Assembly (NCBI GenBank): GCA_964589805.1
Contig: CAZPUV010000003.1
Coordinates: forward strand, 1-29,195
Length of the DNA: 29,195 bases
Origin: an uncultured bacterium
GTDB lineage: Bacteria; Krumholzibacteriota; Krumholzibacteriia; WVZY01; JAKEHA01
Direction: 5' to 3'
The translations under genes were made by a program, and so were the position numbers. A model generated the notes under the pieces. That model saw nothing but the letters and a program-made list of their open reading frames with translations. It made no database searches and was not told where the DNA came from. Below are positions 16,410-25,291 of the stretch, one piece after another (position 1 is the first letter of the stretch; each line of letters starts with the position of its first letter).

Positions 16410-17654
16410 TCAGCCCGCGGGAAACCGCACCACGAACGTCGTCCCCCTGCCGGGACGCGAGTCCGAGAGCCGGATCGTGCCGCCGTGGTACTCGTGCACG
16501 ATACGGCGCGCGAGCGCGAGGCCGATTCCCCAGCCCCGCCGCTTGGTACTGAAGCCGGGCCGGAAGACCTGGTCCCGCAGCGCCCCCGGAATGCCGCGGC
16601 CGGTGTCGTGCACCGACACCTCGACGTGGTTTCCGTCACGGCGGGCGCGGATGTCGATGCTCCCTCCTCCCTCGCCGAGCGCGTCGACCGCGTTCTTGAT
16701 GAGATTCTCGAACACCCACTCCAGGAGTTCCTCGTTGCCGCGTACGCGCAGTTGCGGTTCGCACGAGAGCGAGATCGTGGAGTCCGCCTTGAGGCTCGGG
16801 AGACGCTTCTCGAAGTAGGCGACGGTGCGCGCGAGCACCGCTTCGAGCGCCACGTCGGCGCGCTCCGGGGTCGCGCCGATCTTGCTGAAACGCTCCGTGA
16901 CCTTGTTGAGGCGCGCGAGATCCACCTCCATCTCGTCCACCTGGGCGCGGATGTCGTCATAACCGCGTTCCATGGCGCGATCCCGGATCACCTGCACCCA
17001 GCCCAGCATGGCGGACAGCGGTGTGCCGAGCTGGTGGGCGGTCTCCTTGGCGAGCCCCACCCAGATCGATCGCTGTTCGCTCAACTTGAGATAGCGCAGC
17101 CCCTGGATCGCCACCGCCATGAACACGAGGAAGATGCCGAGCAGCACGAACGGCATGTAGCGTAGCTCGCGCTGCAGCGGCGACGGCCCGTAGTGGACCC
17201 AGCCGGATGGTTCGTTGGTGCCCACCACGCGGATCGGAATGGGCGCGTTCTCCCGGTCGAACTCGCGGTAGAGCTCCACGAGCCGGCGCAGCTTCTCGGT
17301 CGGGGGATCGTTGAGGTCCATGTTCATCAGCATCTCCCAGTCCTCTTCCGTGCGCTCGCCAACCGGAACGCGGTTCCACAGGACCGGACGCCCGTCGAAG
17401 ACGGTGATGATGATCGGAAGGTCGGTCTCGTTCACGATCGTGCGCAGGTCCGCGAGGCTCCCGTCGTCGGCAACCTCGAAGAGGACGTTGGCTATGTAGC
17501 GGGAGAAGAGCCGGCTGGTGGTTTCGGAATTCTCGCGCATGCGCGCGATCAGATGGTTCGAGTAGATCAGCATGGCCAGGAAAAGCCCGGCGACGCCGAG
17601 GAACAGGTACCCCTTCAGCCAGAATCGAATGTTGCCGCCGGGTGCCAGGGCCAT
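16410..17654 (-). CDS. Membrane sensor histidine kinase (two TM helices), possibly PorY-like, 414 aa
   Basis: TM segments YLFLGVAGLFLAMLIY and FVLLGIFLVFMAVAI. H-box AKETAHQLGTPLS, N-box ENLIKNAVDA, G1 DTGRGI, F/G2 GFSTKRRGWGIGL. ATG at 17654. Confidence 0.9.
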   Translation of the reverse strand: MALAPGGNIRFWLKGYLFLGVAGLFLAMLIYSNHLIARMRENSETTSRLFSRYIANVLFEVADDGSLADLRTIVNETDLPIIITVFDGRPVLWNRVPVGERTEEDWEMLMNMDLNDPPTEKLRRLVELYREFDRENAPIPIRVVGTNEPSGWVHYGPSPLQRELRYMPFVLLGIFLVFMAVAIQGLRYLKLSEQRSIWVGLAKETAHQLGTPLSAMLGWVQVIRDRAMERGYDDIRAQVDEMEVDLARLNKVTERFSKIGATPERADVALEAVLARTVAYFEKRLPSLKADSTISLSCEPQLRVRGNEELLEWVFENLIKNAVDALGEGGGSIDIRARRDGNHVEVSVHDTGRGIPGALRDQVFRPGFSTKRRGWGIGLALARRIVHEYHGGTIRLSDSRPGRGTTFVVRFPAG

Positions 17655-17659
17655 GCCCG

Positions 17660-18925
17660 TCAGCCGAGGTACTCCCTGCCTCGCATGTAGGGCCGGAGCC
17701 GCGCGGGGATGCGCACCCGGCCGGTGGGTGTCTGGTGGATCTCGAGCAGTGACGCCACCACGCGCGGGAGCGCCAGACCGGAGCCATTGAGGGTGTGCAC
17801 GAACTTGTGCTTGTCGTCGCCCTTCTTGAGACGGATTCCCGCCCGCCGCGCCTGGAAATCCTCGAAGTTGCTGCACGACGAGACCTCGAGCCACTTGTCG
17901 ACGCCCGGAGCGAACGTCTCGAGGTCATAGCACTTCGCAGCGGCGAAGCCGAGGTCACCGGCGCACAACGCCACCACTCGATAGGGCAGTTCGAGGGCGT
18001 CGAGCACCGCGGTCGCGTCGGCGACGAGCGATTCGAGTTCGTCGTACGACGTGTCCGGGTGGACGAACTTCACCATTTCGACCTTGTCGAACTGGTGCAC
18101 GCGCAGGAGTCCGCGCGTGTCCGCCCCGTGGCTTCCGGCCTCGCGGCGAAAACAGGGGCTGTAGGCGGTGTACCGGATCGGCAGCCGTTCGCGCTCCACC
18201 ACCGACTCGCGATGCAGATTCGTGACCGGCACCTCGGCGGTCGGGACGAGGAAGAGGTCGTCGACGCCGCAGTGATACATGTCCTCCTCGTACTTGGGAA
18301 GCTGGCCGGTGCCCGTCATCGAATCGCGGTGAACCAGGTAGGGGACGAGCACCTCTTCATAGCCCTGTTCGGCGTGGAGGTCGAGCATCAGGTTGACGAG
18401 CGCGCGGCACAGGAGTGCCCCATCGCCGCGAAACACGACGAAGCCCCGTCCCGAAACGGTGCGGCCGCCCTCGAGATCGAGTACACCCAGCTTCTCGCCG
18501 ATCTCCCAGTGGGCGAGCACGTCTTCGAACGGCTTCTCCGCCTTTCCCACGGTCTTCACGACCACGTTCGCGGTGGCGTCCGCGCCGTCGGGCGTCGACT
18601 CGTGGGGCAGGTTGGGGACGGTGAGCAGGAGCCCGTCGAGCGTTTCTTCGATCTCCTTGTTGCACGCCTCGAGTTCCTTGATGCGCGCGGACGTCTCCTT
18701 CATGGCGGCGTGCAGGGACGCGATGTCCTCGCCCGCCTGCTTGCGGCGTCCGATCTCCTCGGACGCGACATTGCGCTGGTGCTTGAGTTCCTCGGCGCGC
18801 TGGAGGTTGGAGACATGCTCGGCGTCCAGCGCGATCAGGCGCTCCACGTCGAAGGCGGCATTCCGGCGGCGAAGGCCGCGGCGGAGCCGTTCGGGATTCT
18901 CGCGGATGAGACGACGGTCGATCAC
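17660..18925 (-). CDS. serS: Serine--tRNA ligase
   Basis: N-terminal coiled coil, LVPTAEVP, CFRREAGS, RVHQFDKVE, EVSSCSN and HTLNGSGLA. Confidence 0.98.
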   Translation of the reverse strand: MIDRRLIRENPERLRRGLRRRNAAFDVERLIALDAEHVSNLQRAEELKHQRNVASEEIGRRKQAGEDIASLHAAMKETSARIKELEACNKEIEETLDGLLLTVPNLPHESTPDGADATANVVVKTVGKAEKPFEDVLAHWEIGEKLGVLDLEGGRTVSGRGFVVFRGDGALLCRALVNLMLDLHAEQGYEEVLVPYLVHRDSMTGTGQLPKYEEDMYHCGVDDLFLVPTAEVPVTNLHRESVVERERLPIRYTAYSPCFRREAGSHGADTRGLLRVHQFDKVEMVKFVHPDTSYDELESLVADATAVLDALELPYRVVALCAGDLGFAAAKCYDLETFAPGVDKWLEVSSCSNFEDFQARRAGIRLKKGDDKHKFVHTLNGSGLALPRVVASLLEIHQTPTGRVRIPARLRPYMRGREYLG

Positions 18926-18929
18926 GGAA

Positions 18930-19853
18930 TCACGAGAGACGGAACTCCTCGATCACCTCGCGTCCGCCGGCTTCGAGGATTTCGCTGGCGAGCGTCCGGC
19001 CCAGATCCTCCTCGTTGCCGAGGGAACCCTTGACCATGCACTGGATCTTTTCGCTGCCGTCCGGATACGCCACCATGCCCTCCAGCTCGAGGGCCTTGCC
19101 CTCGATGCTCCCGAGCACCGCGACGGGAGCGGCCTGCTCGACATTCAGATGTTCGAGGAAGGCCCATTCGGCCCGGAGCATGCTGTGCGTGGCGGGATCG
19201 TTGATTGCCTGGACGGCGTCGCGGAACTGCGAGTCGCTCGAACGGATCAGGACGGCCAGTGCTCCCTGTCCCGCGGGCGGGATGCACACCTGGTTCGTGA
19301 GCAGTTCGGCCACGAATTCCTGCTTGTTCATGCGCTCCACGTCGGCCGCGGCCACGACCGCGCAATCGACCTTCGACGCGCGCACCTTCTGCAGGATCGA
19401 GTCCACGCTGCCCTGTGCGCGTACGATCCGGAGGTCCGGGCGGTAGTAGCGCAGCTGCGCCTCCCGGCTCGAGGAGCACGTGGCCAGGGCCGCGTTGTCG
19501 TGCAGTTCGTCGAGGATGCACCCGTCGGTGGAAATGAGCGCATCGCAGGGCGTGATGCGCGACGTGAGCGCGCCGATGGTGAGTCCGGATGGCATCCGCG
19601 TGGGAAGCGCGGAGGCTTCGAGGACGAGCACGTCACACTCGCCGCTCAACAGCTGACTCATCAACAGCGCGTTGCGTTCAGGTGTGGAGGGGAGGGTTCT
19701 GGACTGCCTGAGGTCTTCCGACTCGAGCGACGGGACGAACTCCACCGGAAGCTTGCCACCGTGCACGGCGAGCAGTCGGACTACTTCGTCGAGCTGTACT
19801 CGCGACAGTAGATCGACGTCGCTTGCTATCCGACACGTCGTTTTGGTCGTCAC
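18930..19853 (-). CDS. HemC (porphobilinogen deaminase)-fold protein lacking catalytic and cofactor-binding residues, about 307 aa
   Basis: Colinear with HemC along its whole length (RIA, PCDALIS, QL...RPDL, PPAGQGAL, LRAE, PDGS, LASEILEAGGREVI). HSMKD is replaced by LEASA and GGCQVP by VEQAAP. GTG 19853 is preferred because GTG 19922 falls inside the promoter. Confidence 0.85.
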   Translation of the reverse strand: MTTKTTCRIASDVDLLSRVQLDEVVRLLAVHGGKLPVEFVPSLESEDLRQSRTLPSTPERNALLMSQLLSGECDVLVLEASALPTRMPSGLTIGALTSRITPCDALISTDGCILDELHDNAALATCSSSREAQLRYYRPDLRIVRAQGSVDSILQKVRASKVDCAVVAAADVERMNKQEFVAELLTNQVCIPPAGQGALAVLIRSSDSQFRDAVQAINDPATHSMLRAEWAFLEHLNVEQAAPVAVLGSIEGKALELEGMVAYPDGSEKIQCMVKGSLGNEEDLGRTLASEILEAGGREVIEEFRLS

Positions 19854-19912
19854 TCCAGGGCCCGTCCGTCCGGATGAGTGTGCCGTCGCGTATTCCGCAA
19901 ATCGTGGGCGAA

Positions 19913-19941
19913 ACGATAGCACAGCCCCCGGGGAGCGTCAA
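19913..19941 (-). promoter_or_regulatory. Sigma70-type promoter (extended -10) for hemC-like, serS and the histidine kinase
   Basis: TTGACG-N17-TATCGT with TG at the extended position. Confidence 0.7.
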
Positions 19942-19946
19942 CGGAG

Positions 19947-21086
19947 TTACCGGCCGACGGACGTGCGGCGTTCGGTGAGATTGTTGGCGAAGGTGGACTG
20001 GAACGGAATGGCGGTCGGCATCGCGTGATGCGAGGTTCCGGCCGATGCCTCGTGTCCCTCCACCATCATGCGCAGGAAGGAAACGAACGCGACCGTTACG
20101 AAGCCAAGGCCCACGATGACGGGCAGCATCCAGTCCATCGCAGCCCCGATACCGAGCAGCGAGAAGAACGCCTGCATACCGTAGAGGACGACGAGCGTCT
20201 GCCTGGGCGACAGACCCGCGTCGCGCAGCACGTGGTGCATGTGCAGATTGTCCGCCCCGAACAGGGGCGAACGCAGAACGACCCGGCGGGCGATGGCGAG
20301 CCCGGTATCGAGCAGCGGGACACCCAGCACGAAGCACACCGCGGCGAACATGTTCACCGTGGAAACGCGCATGGTGACGAGACACGCCGTCACCGCCAGC
20401 ACGAGGCCGAGGAACATGCTTCCGGTGTCGCCCATGTAGATGCGGCCCGGTGGGAAGTTGAACACCAGGAATCCAAGGCACGCGCCGCCCAGCGCGAGAG
20501 AGAGCACGACCACTTCGGGCTGGCCGGTCATGGAGCCGATCACCGCGAACGCCCCGGCCGAGAGAAGCGCCACGCCGGCCGCGAGTCCGTCGTGACCATC
20601 GACCAGATTCACTGAGCTCAGCATCCCCACCACGAAGACCAGCGATACCAGCGCGAGCATCACGAACGACGTGTCGAACACCCACATGCCGGTGAAGAGG
20701 CGGAATCCGATCGCCACGATCGATGCGGCTGCGAGCACCTGGAACGCGAGTTTGCTGCGGACGGCCAGGTTGCGCATGTCGTCGACGAGTCCGAGCACCA
20801 CGATGAGCATGGCGGCGGGAATCGCCCGCGCAACGAGCGCCGCGCCCGTACTCACTCCGGGCCTTCCCAGCCAGATCGCCACGGCGGCGAAGACGCCCAG
20901 GAACAGGGCGATTCCGCCGAGGTGCGGAATAGAATCTGAACGCGGCCGGGAGCCCCGCCCGTTGGGCTTGTCGCCGAGCCGCCAGCGGATGGCGAAGGAG
21001 CGGACGACCGGCGTCACAATGACGCTCACTGCAAACGCCGTTGCAAACACCACGCTGTTACCAAGCCACGTCGAGATGCCGGTCAA
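19947..21086 (-). CDS. wecA: Undecaprenyl-phosphate alpha-N-acetylglucosaminyl 1-phosphate transferase (WecA/TagO, glycosyltransferase family 4)
   Basis: IPHLGG, GLVDD, NLVDGHDGLA, FNFPP, YMGDTGS and HMHH; multi-TM. TTG start with GGAGG RBS. Confidence 0.88.
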   Translation of the reverse strand: MTGISTWLGNSVVFATAFAVSVIVTPVVRSFAIRWRLGDKPNGRGSRPRSDSIPHLGGIALFLGVFAAVAIWLGRPGVSTGAALVARAIPAAMLIVVLGLVDDMRNLAVRSKLAFQVLAAASIVAIGFRLFTGMWVFDTSFVMLALVSLVFVVGMLSSVNLVDGHDGLAAGVALLSAGAFAVIGSMTGQPEVVVLSLALGGACLGFLVFNFPPGRIYMGDTGSMFLGLVLAVTACLVTMRVSTVNMFAAVCFVLGVPLLDTGLAIARRVVLRSPLFGADNLHMHHVLRDAGLSPRQTLVVLYGMQAFFSLLGIGAAMDWMLPVIVGLGFVTVAFVSFLRMMVEGHEASAGTSHHAMPTAIPFQSTFANNLTERRTSVGR

Positions 21087-21154
21087 CGGAGAGCCTCCTG
21101 GTGCAAAACACGCCGGTGGGTCTTCCCCGCCCCCGGCGCCGCGGCGCGCCGATC

Positions 21155-21184
21155 AGGGTAGTCTCGAGCCGGACGGAGTGTCAA
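21155..21184 (-). promoter_or_regulatory. Sigma70-type promoter of wecA
   Basis: TTGACA-N18-TACCCT. Confidence 0.65.
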
Positions 21185-21200
21185 GGCGATTGGTCCCATC

Positions 21201-22715
21201 TTAGTTCTTCATTCTCAACAAGTTGCCGACCAGGGGCCGGACTTCGCCGGGCCGGATCACCCGGAACGCCAGCACGAGCAGCCCGTAGAGGATCACGTGG
21301 ACCGCCGCCAGAACCACCGTCCAGAGGCTGGAATCCAACCCGGCCCGGCCGATAACCGTCCAGAGGATGAGGGCCACCAGCGTGCCAGCAAGAAGCGTGC
21401 GAATCCCGGTGCCGATCGCCCGGGCGCTGACCCGCACCCCGAATACGCCGAACACCTCGCGCATCCCGAACACGAGCAGGAGGCCGTACGAAATGATGGT
21501 CGAGAGAATGGCCCCGCGCGAGTGCATGCTGGGGATGAGGATCACGTTCAGCGCGAAGTTCATCACCGCCGCTCCCGCCGTGAGCCAGGCGTAGGTCCGG
21601 ATCCGCTCCGCCGCGAGCAGCGCCGGCAACACGAGCGCCCCCAGGCTCCGGATCACGACCACCCACGCGAACATCGCCATCAACTCCCCCGCGTAGACGT
21701 ACTGGTCGGAGTAGACCAGCGAGAGCAGCGGCACCGCCATCGCGACGAACACGGAACCGAAGAGCACCCCGGCCACCAGCGACAGCTTCAGAGAGCGCCG
21801 GATCAGGCTCGCACACTCGGCGATGTCGCCGCGCGAGAATCGCGACGCCAGCGCGGGTCGCAGGGTCGTGACGAGCGCGAAGGCGGGGAAGAGCGACACC
21901 TCCATCACCGCGCGCGCGATGGAGTACTGCCCCACTTCCTCGAGCGGGTCGAAGTAGCCCAGCACGAGCTTGTCCATCTGCGAATATACCGCCACCGACG
22001 CGCTGCTCACCGCGAGCGGAATGCTCATCGCGAGCAGCCGGCGACGGATCGACGCACGCTCGCCCTCGTCGGGCTCGGCCGCGGGGAGGTAGCGCCGCAG
22101 GAGCAGCCAGAAGGCCGCCATGCCCACCAGCCACGCGGCGATGTAGCCGAGCAGTATGGCGACGACCCCCATCCCCATCGCCACGACCCCGGCGGTTGCG
22201 ACGACGCGCGCCGAGAGCATGGCGGCGCGCACGCGCGAAACCGTGGCGTGCCGGTTGAGGCCGATCAGAAACTGCTCCTGGAACTCGTAGACGCTCGCAC
22301 AGAAGATGATGCCCGCGGATATCCGAACCGGCCACAGCAGCGTGTCGTTGTTGAACCAGCCCGCGATGGAGGGCGCCAGAAACCAGGTGAGCAGCGACGT
22401 CGGGAGCGCGAGCGCCAGTCGCAGATTGGAGCCGGTGCGAAACAGCGTGCGCAGCACACCCGGCCTTGCCACGCCGTACTCGCTCGCCAGACGCGACGCG
22501 CCCAGGTCGAGGCCGAGTTTGGCGATGATCAGCACCTGGGTGGCGAAGGCCATGGCCCACGAAACGGAGCCCCAGACGGTGGGACCGGAGAAACGCGCGA
22601 TGACCCAGGAAACGGCGAACGCCGCGACGACGGGAAGGAGCGAGAGGGCCAGGCTCCACTTGAAGCTCTGCCCCACCGCGGACTGCTGAAACGACCAGTT
22701 GTTACGGCTGCTCAT
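21201..22715 (-). CDS. wzx: Wzx-type polysaccharide flippase (MOP superfamily)
   Basis: 504 aa with many TM helices. SQMDKLVLGYF...VGQYSIA and ALNVILIP motifs. Sits in the sugar cluster. Confidence 0.85.
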   Translation of the reverse strand: MSSRNNWSFQQSAVGQSFKWSLALSLLPVVAAFAVSWVIARFSGPTVWGSVSWAMAFATQVLIIAKLGLDLGASRLASEYGVARPGVLRTLFRTGSNLRLALALPTSLLTWFLAPSIAGWFNNDTLLWPVRISAGIIFCASVYEFQEQFLIGLNRHATVSRVRAAMLSARVVATAGVVAMGMGVVAILLGYIAAWLVGMAAFWLLLRRYLPAAEPDEGERASIRRRLLAMSIPLAVSSASVAVYSQMDKLVLGYFDPLEEVGQYSIARAVMEVSLFPAFALVTTLRPALASRFSRGDIAECASLIRRSLKLSLVAGVLFGSVFVAMAVPLLSLVYSDQYVYAGELMAMFAWVVVIRSLGALVLPALLAAERIRTYAWLTAGAAVMNFALNVILIPSMHSRGAILSTIISYGLLLVFGMREVFGVFGVRVSARAIGTGIRTLLAGTLVALILWTVIGRAGLDSSLWTVVLAAVHVILYGLLVLAFRVIRPGEVRPLVGNLLRMKN

Positions 22716-23808
22716 CGAAAAAACGGACGATCACCTGCGCGATTCGCGGGGCCGCTTTTCCGTCCCAGAGGTCCGGAATCCGAGCGTCCTTGACGCCTTC
22801 GCGAAGCACGCCCTGTGCCTCGGCGACAATACGCGCGGTGTCGGTCCCGACCAGACGATTCGTCCCGACCGTCAGGGTCACGGGGCGTTCCGTGTTGTCA
22901 CGGATCGTCAGGCAGGGGATTCCGAGAGCAGTCGTTTCTTCCTGGATACCTCCCGAATCGGTGAGAACAATGGAACTATACTTCATGAGTTTGAGGAAGT
23001 CCAGATATCCGACCGGGTCGATCAGCCGCATACCGGCGCCCCGGACCTCGTACCGGGCCTTCGCGATTCCCTGCCGCGTGCGGGGATGCACCGGGAAGAC
23101 CAGGGGACACTCACGGGCGATCTCGGAAAGCCCGTCGAGAAGGCGCGTTAGCTGCACGATGTCGTCCACGTTGGACGGACGGTGCAGGGTCACCAGCCCG
23201 TAGCGGTGCGGGGTGAGCCCGAGGGCACGCAGGATGGCGGATCTTTCGGCCGCATTCTCGAAGGCGCGGAGTGTGTCGATCATGACGTTGCCCACGAAGT
23301 GGATCCTCCCGTCGTCGATCCCCTCGCGGACCAGGTTGTCCCGGGCTTCCGGTGACGTCGTGAAGAGGAGGACGCTCACCGCGTCGGTGAGCGACCGGTT
23401 GACTTCCTCCGGCATCGTGCGGTCGAAACTGCGCAACCCCGCCTCGACGTGCGCCACGGGGACGTCGCGTTTCGACGCCACCAGCGCGCAGGCGAGCGTG
23501 GAGTTGACGTCTCCAACCACGATGACGAGGTCCGGGTCCGCGGCCACGAGCACGGGTTCGAACGCGAGCATCACCCGCGCGGTCTGCTCTGTGTGCGAAC
23601 CGGAGCCGACGCCGAGGTGCGAGTCGGGCCGCGGGAGATTCAGATCGTCGAAGAATATCTTCGACATGTTCTCGTCGTAGTGCTGCCCGGTGTGAACGAG
23701 TGTGAGGTTGAAGCGCCCGGTGGCTTCGAGCGCGCGCCACACCGGTGCCACTTTCATGAAGTTCGGCCGCGCCGCGGCCACGAGGAGAATGCGGGGCTTT
23801 CGCGCCAT
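22702..23808 (-). CDS. wecB: UDP-N-acetylglucosamine 2-epimerase (non-hydrolysing)
   Basis: ARPNFMK, HTGQHY, VVGDVNS, HVEAGLRS, TLHRPSN and TDSGGIQEE. Confidence 0.95.
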   Translation of the reverse strand: MARKPRILLVAAARPNFMKVAPVWRALEATGRFNLTLVHTGQHYDENMSKIFFDDLNLPRPDSHLGVGSGSHTEQTARVMLAFEPVLVAADPDLVIVVGDVNSTLACALVASKRDVPVAHVEAGLRSFDRTMPEEVNRSLTDAVSVLLFTTSPEARDNLVREGIDDGRIHFVGNVMIDTLRAFENAAERSAILRALGLTPHRYGLVTLHRPSNVDDIVQLTRLLDGLSEIARECPLVFPVHPRTRQGIAKARYEVRGAGMRLIDPVGYLDFLKLMKYSSIVLTDSGGIQEETTALGIPCLTIRDNTERPVTLTVGTNRLVGTDTARIVAEAQGVLREGVKDARIPDLWDGKAAPRIAQVIVRFFDEQP

Positions 23809-23811
23809 CGC

Positions 23812-24843
23812 CTATGACCGCGTCTTCCCTTTCGCCAGACGCGCGCCGTAGTGTTTCTCGTAGTACTCGCGGAAGGCGCCGCTCTTCACGCGTTCCCACC
23901 AACCGCGGTTCTCGACGTACCAGCGCACCGTCTGCTCCATCGCGTCCGCGAACCCGGTGCGCGGCGCCCATCCCAGCGCGCGCAACTTGTCCGCCGCGAG
24001 CTTGTACATCCGGTCGTGTCCCTTGCGGTCCTCGATGAAGACGATCTTCGACTTCGTGGAACCCACGTGCTTCAGGATCAACTCCGCGATGCGGAGGTTC
24101 GGCTGCGAGTTGCCCACCGCGATGTTGTAGATCTCCCCCTCGTTGCCCTTCTCGGCGACGAGCGCGATGGCGCGGCAGTTGTCGTCGACGTAGAGCCAGT
24201 CCCGCATGTGCATGCCGTCGCCATAGAGCGGGAGATCCTTCCCCTCCATGGCGTTGGTGATGAACAGGGGGATGAACTTCTCCACGTGCTGCCGGGGCCC
24301 GAAGTTGTTGGAGCTGCGCGTGATCACGAGCGGGACCCCGTAGGTGTTCGCGAACGCGAGACACATGAGGTCGCCGCCGCACTTGCTGGCGCTGTACGGA
24401 TTCCCCGGCCGCAACGGCGATTCCTCGGTGAATCCCTCGCCCCCGCTGGAGCCGTAGACCTCGTCCGTCGAAATCTGGACGTAGCGCTTCACCTTCAACT
24501 CGCGCGCGAAATTGAGCAGATTGTAGGTTCCCTGGATGTCGGTCTCGATGAAACCCGCGGCTTCGTCGATGGACCGGTCCACGTGCGTTTCCGCGGCGAA
24601 GTTGAACACCACCTCGGCGCCGTCCATGGTTTCGCGCACGACCTTCGGGTCGCAGATGTTCCCCTTCACGAAGCGAACGCGTCCGCTGTCGACGAGATCG
24701 CCGATGTTCTCCATGTTGCCGGCGTAGGTGAGCGCGTCGAGAACGGTGATGGCGCACGCCGGTTGCTCGCGCGCGATCATCCGGACGAAATTCGATCCAA
24801 TGAACCCGGCGCCGCCGGTGACGAGGATGGAAGCAAACGCCAC
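23812..24843 (-). CDS. rmlB: dTDP-glucose 4,6-dehydratase, 343 aa
   Basis: VTGGAGFIGSN, AAETHVDRSI, ISTDEVYG, YSASK and RDWLYV. GTG start at 24843. Confidence 0.93.
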   Translation of the reverse strand: MAFASILVTGGAGFIGSNFVRMIAREQPACAITVLDALTYAGNMENIGDLVDSGRVRFVKGNICDPKVVRETMDGAEVVFNFAAETHVDRSIDEAAGFIETDIQGTYNLLNFARELKVKRYVQISTDEVYGSSGGEGFTEESPLRPGNPYSASKCGGDLMCLAFANTYGVPLVITRSSNNFGPRQHVEKFIPLFITNAMEGKDLPLYGDGMHMRDWLYVDDNCRAIALVAEKGNEGEIYNIAVGNSQPNLRIAELILKHVGSTKSKIVFIEDRKGHDRMYKLAADKLRALGWAPRTGFADAMEQTVRWYVENRGWWERVKSGAFREYYEKHYGARLAKGKTRS

Positions 24844-24844
24844 G

Positions 24845-25291
24845 TCAGGCCTCTCCCAGGGCTTCGAGGTCCGCCAGATCACGAGCGCGCCCCGTGGTGC
24901 GCTTGTTCACGACGAGATCGCTCCGGCCGATGAACGCGACGGGTACCCCGTCGTAGTCCCCCTCGACGCGTCCCGCGAACGCCTGCTCCCACGACACACC
25001 GGTCAGGGCGGTCAGAAAATCCACGCGAACCGGCGGCACGCCCAGTTGGACCACGCGGTCCGGACTTGTGAAATCATCCGACGACAGGCCGAGCGCTCCA
25101 AACCCGAACGCCTCGAGCGCCGTCAGAATACGCGTCGCGTTGGCGGGCGTCGGACGAACGAGGATGTCGAGGTCTCCCGTGTTGCGAGGCACGCCGTGGA
25201 ATGCGAGTGCGTAGGCACCCACGACGATGAACTCAACGCCGTTCTCGTTCAACGACGCGAGCAACTCTTTGAAGTCTTGCTGCATTTCCAT
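24845..25291 (-). CDS. Minimal nucleotidyltransferase (DUF6036-like), 148 aa
   Basis: MEMQQDFKELL...VVGAYALAFHGVPRNTGDLDILV...RVDF...K...GRARDLADLEAL, with a G[GA]-x9-T-x-DxD Pol-beta-type signature. Confidence 0.85.
   Translation of the reverse strand: MEMQQDFKELLASLNENGVEFIVVGAYALAFHGVPRNTGDLDILVRPTPANATRILTALEAFGFGALGLSSDDFTSPDRVVQLGVPPVRVDFLTALTGVSWEQAFAGRVEGDYDGVPVAFIGRSDLVVNKRTTGRARDLADLEALGEA

Noticed and set aside
17660-18925. serS as part of a selenocysteine system with the selenoprotein
   Set aside because: SerRS does charge tRNA-Sec, but it is a universal housekeeping gene 13 kb away. No selA, selB, selC or selD was seen in the window.
18930-19922. Calling this gene functional hemC, calling it a pseudogene, or starting it at 19922
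   Set aside because: The catalytic Asp and cofactor Cys are absent, yet the frame is intact with a promoter. GTG 19922 lies within the promoter spacer.
21087-21154. GC-rich wecA leader as a riboswitch or ops/JUMPstart element
   Set aside because: Only a weak CGCCGG/CCGGCG pairing; no GGCGGTAG ops motif or recognisable riboswitch consensus.
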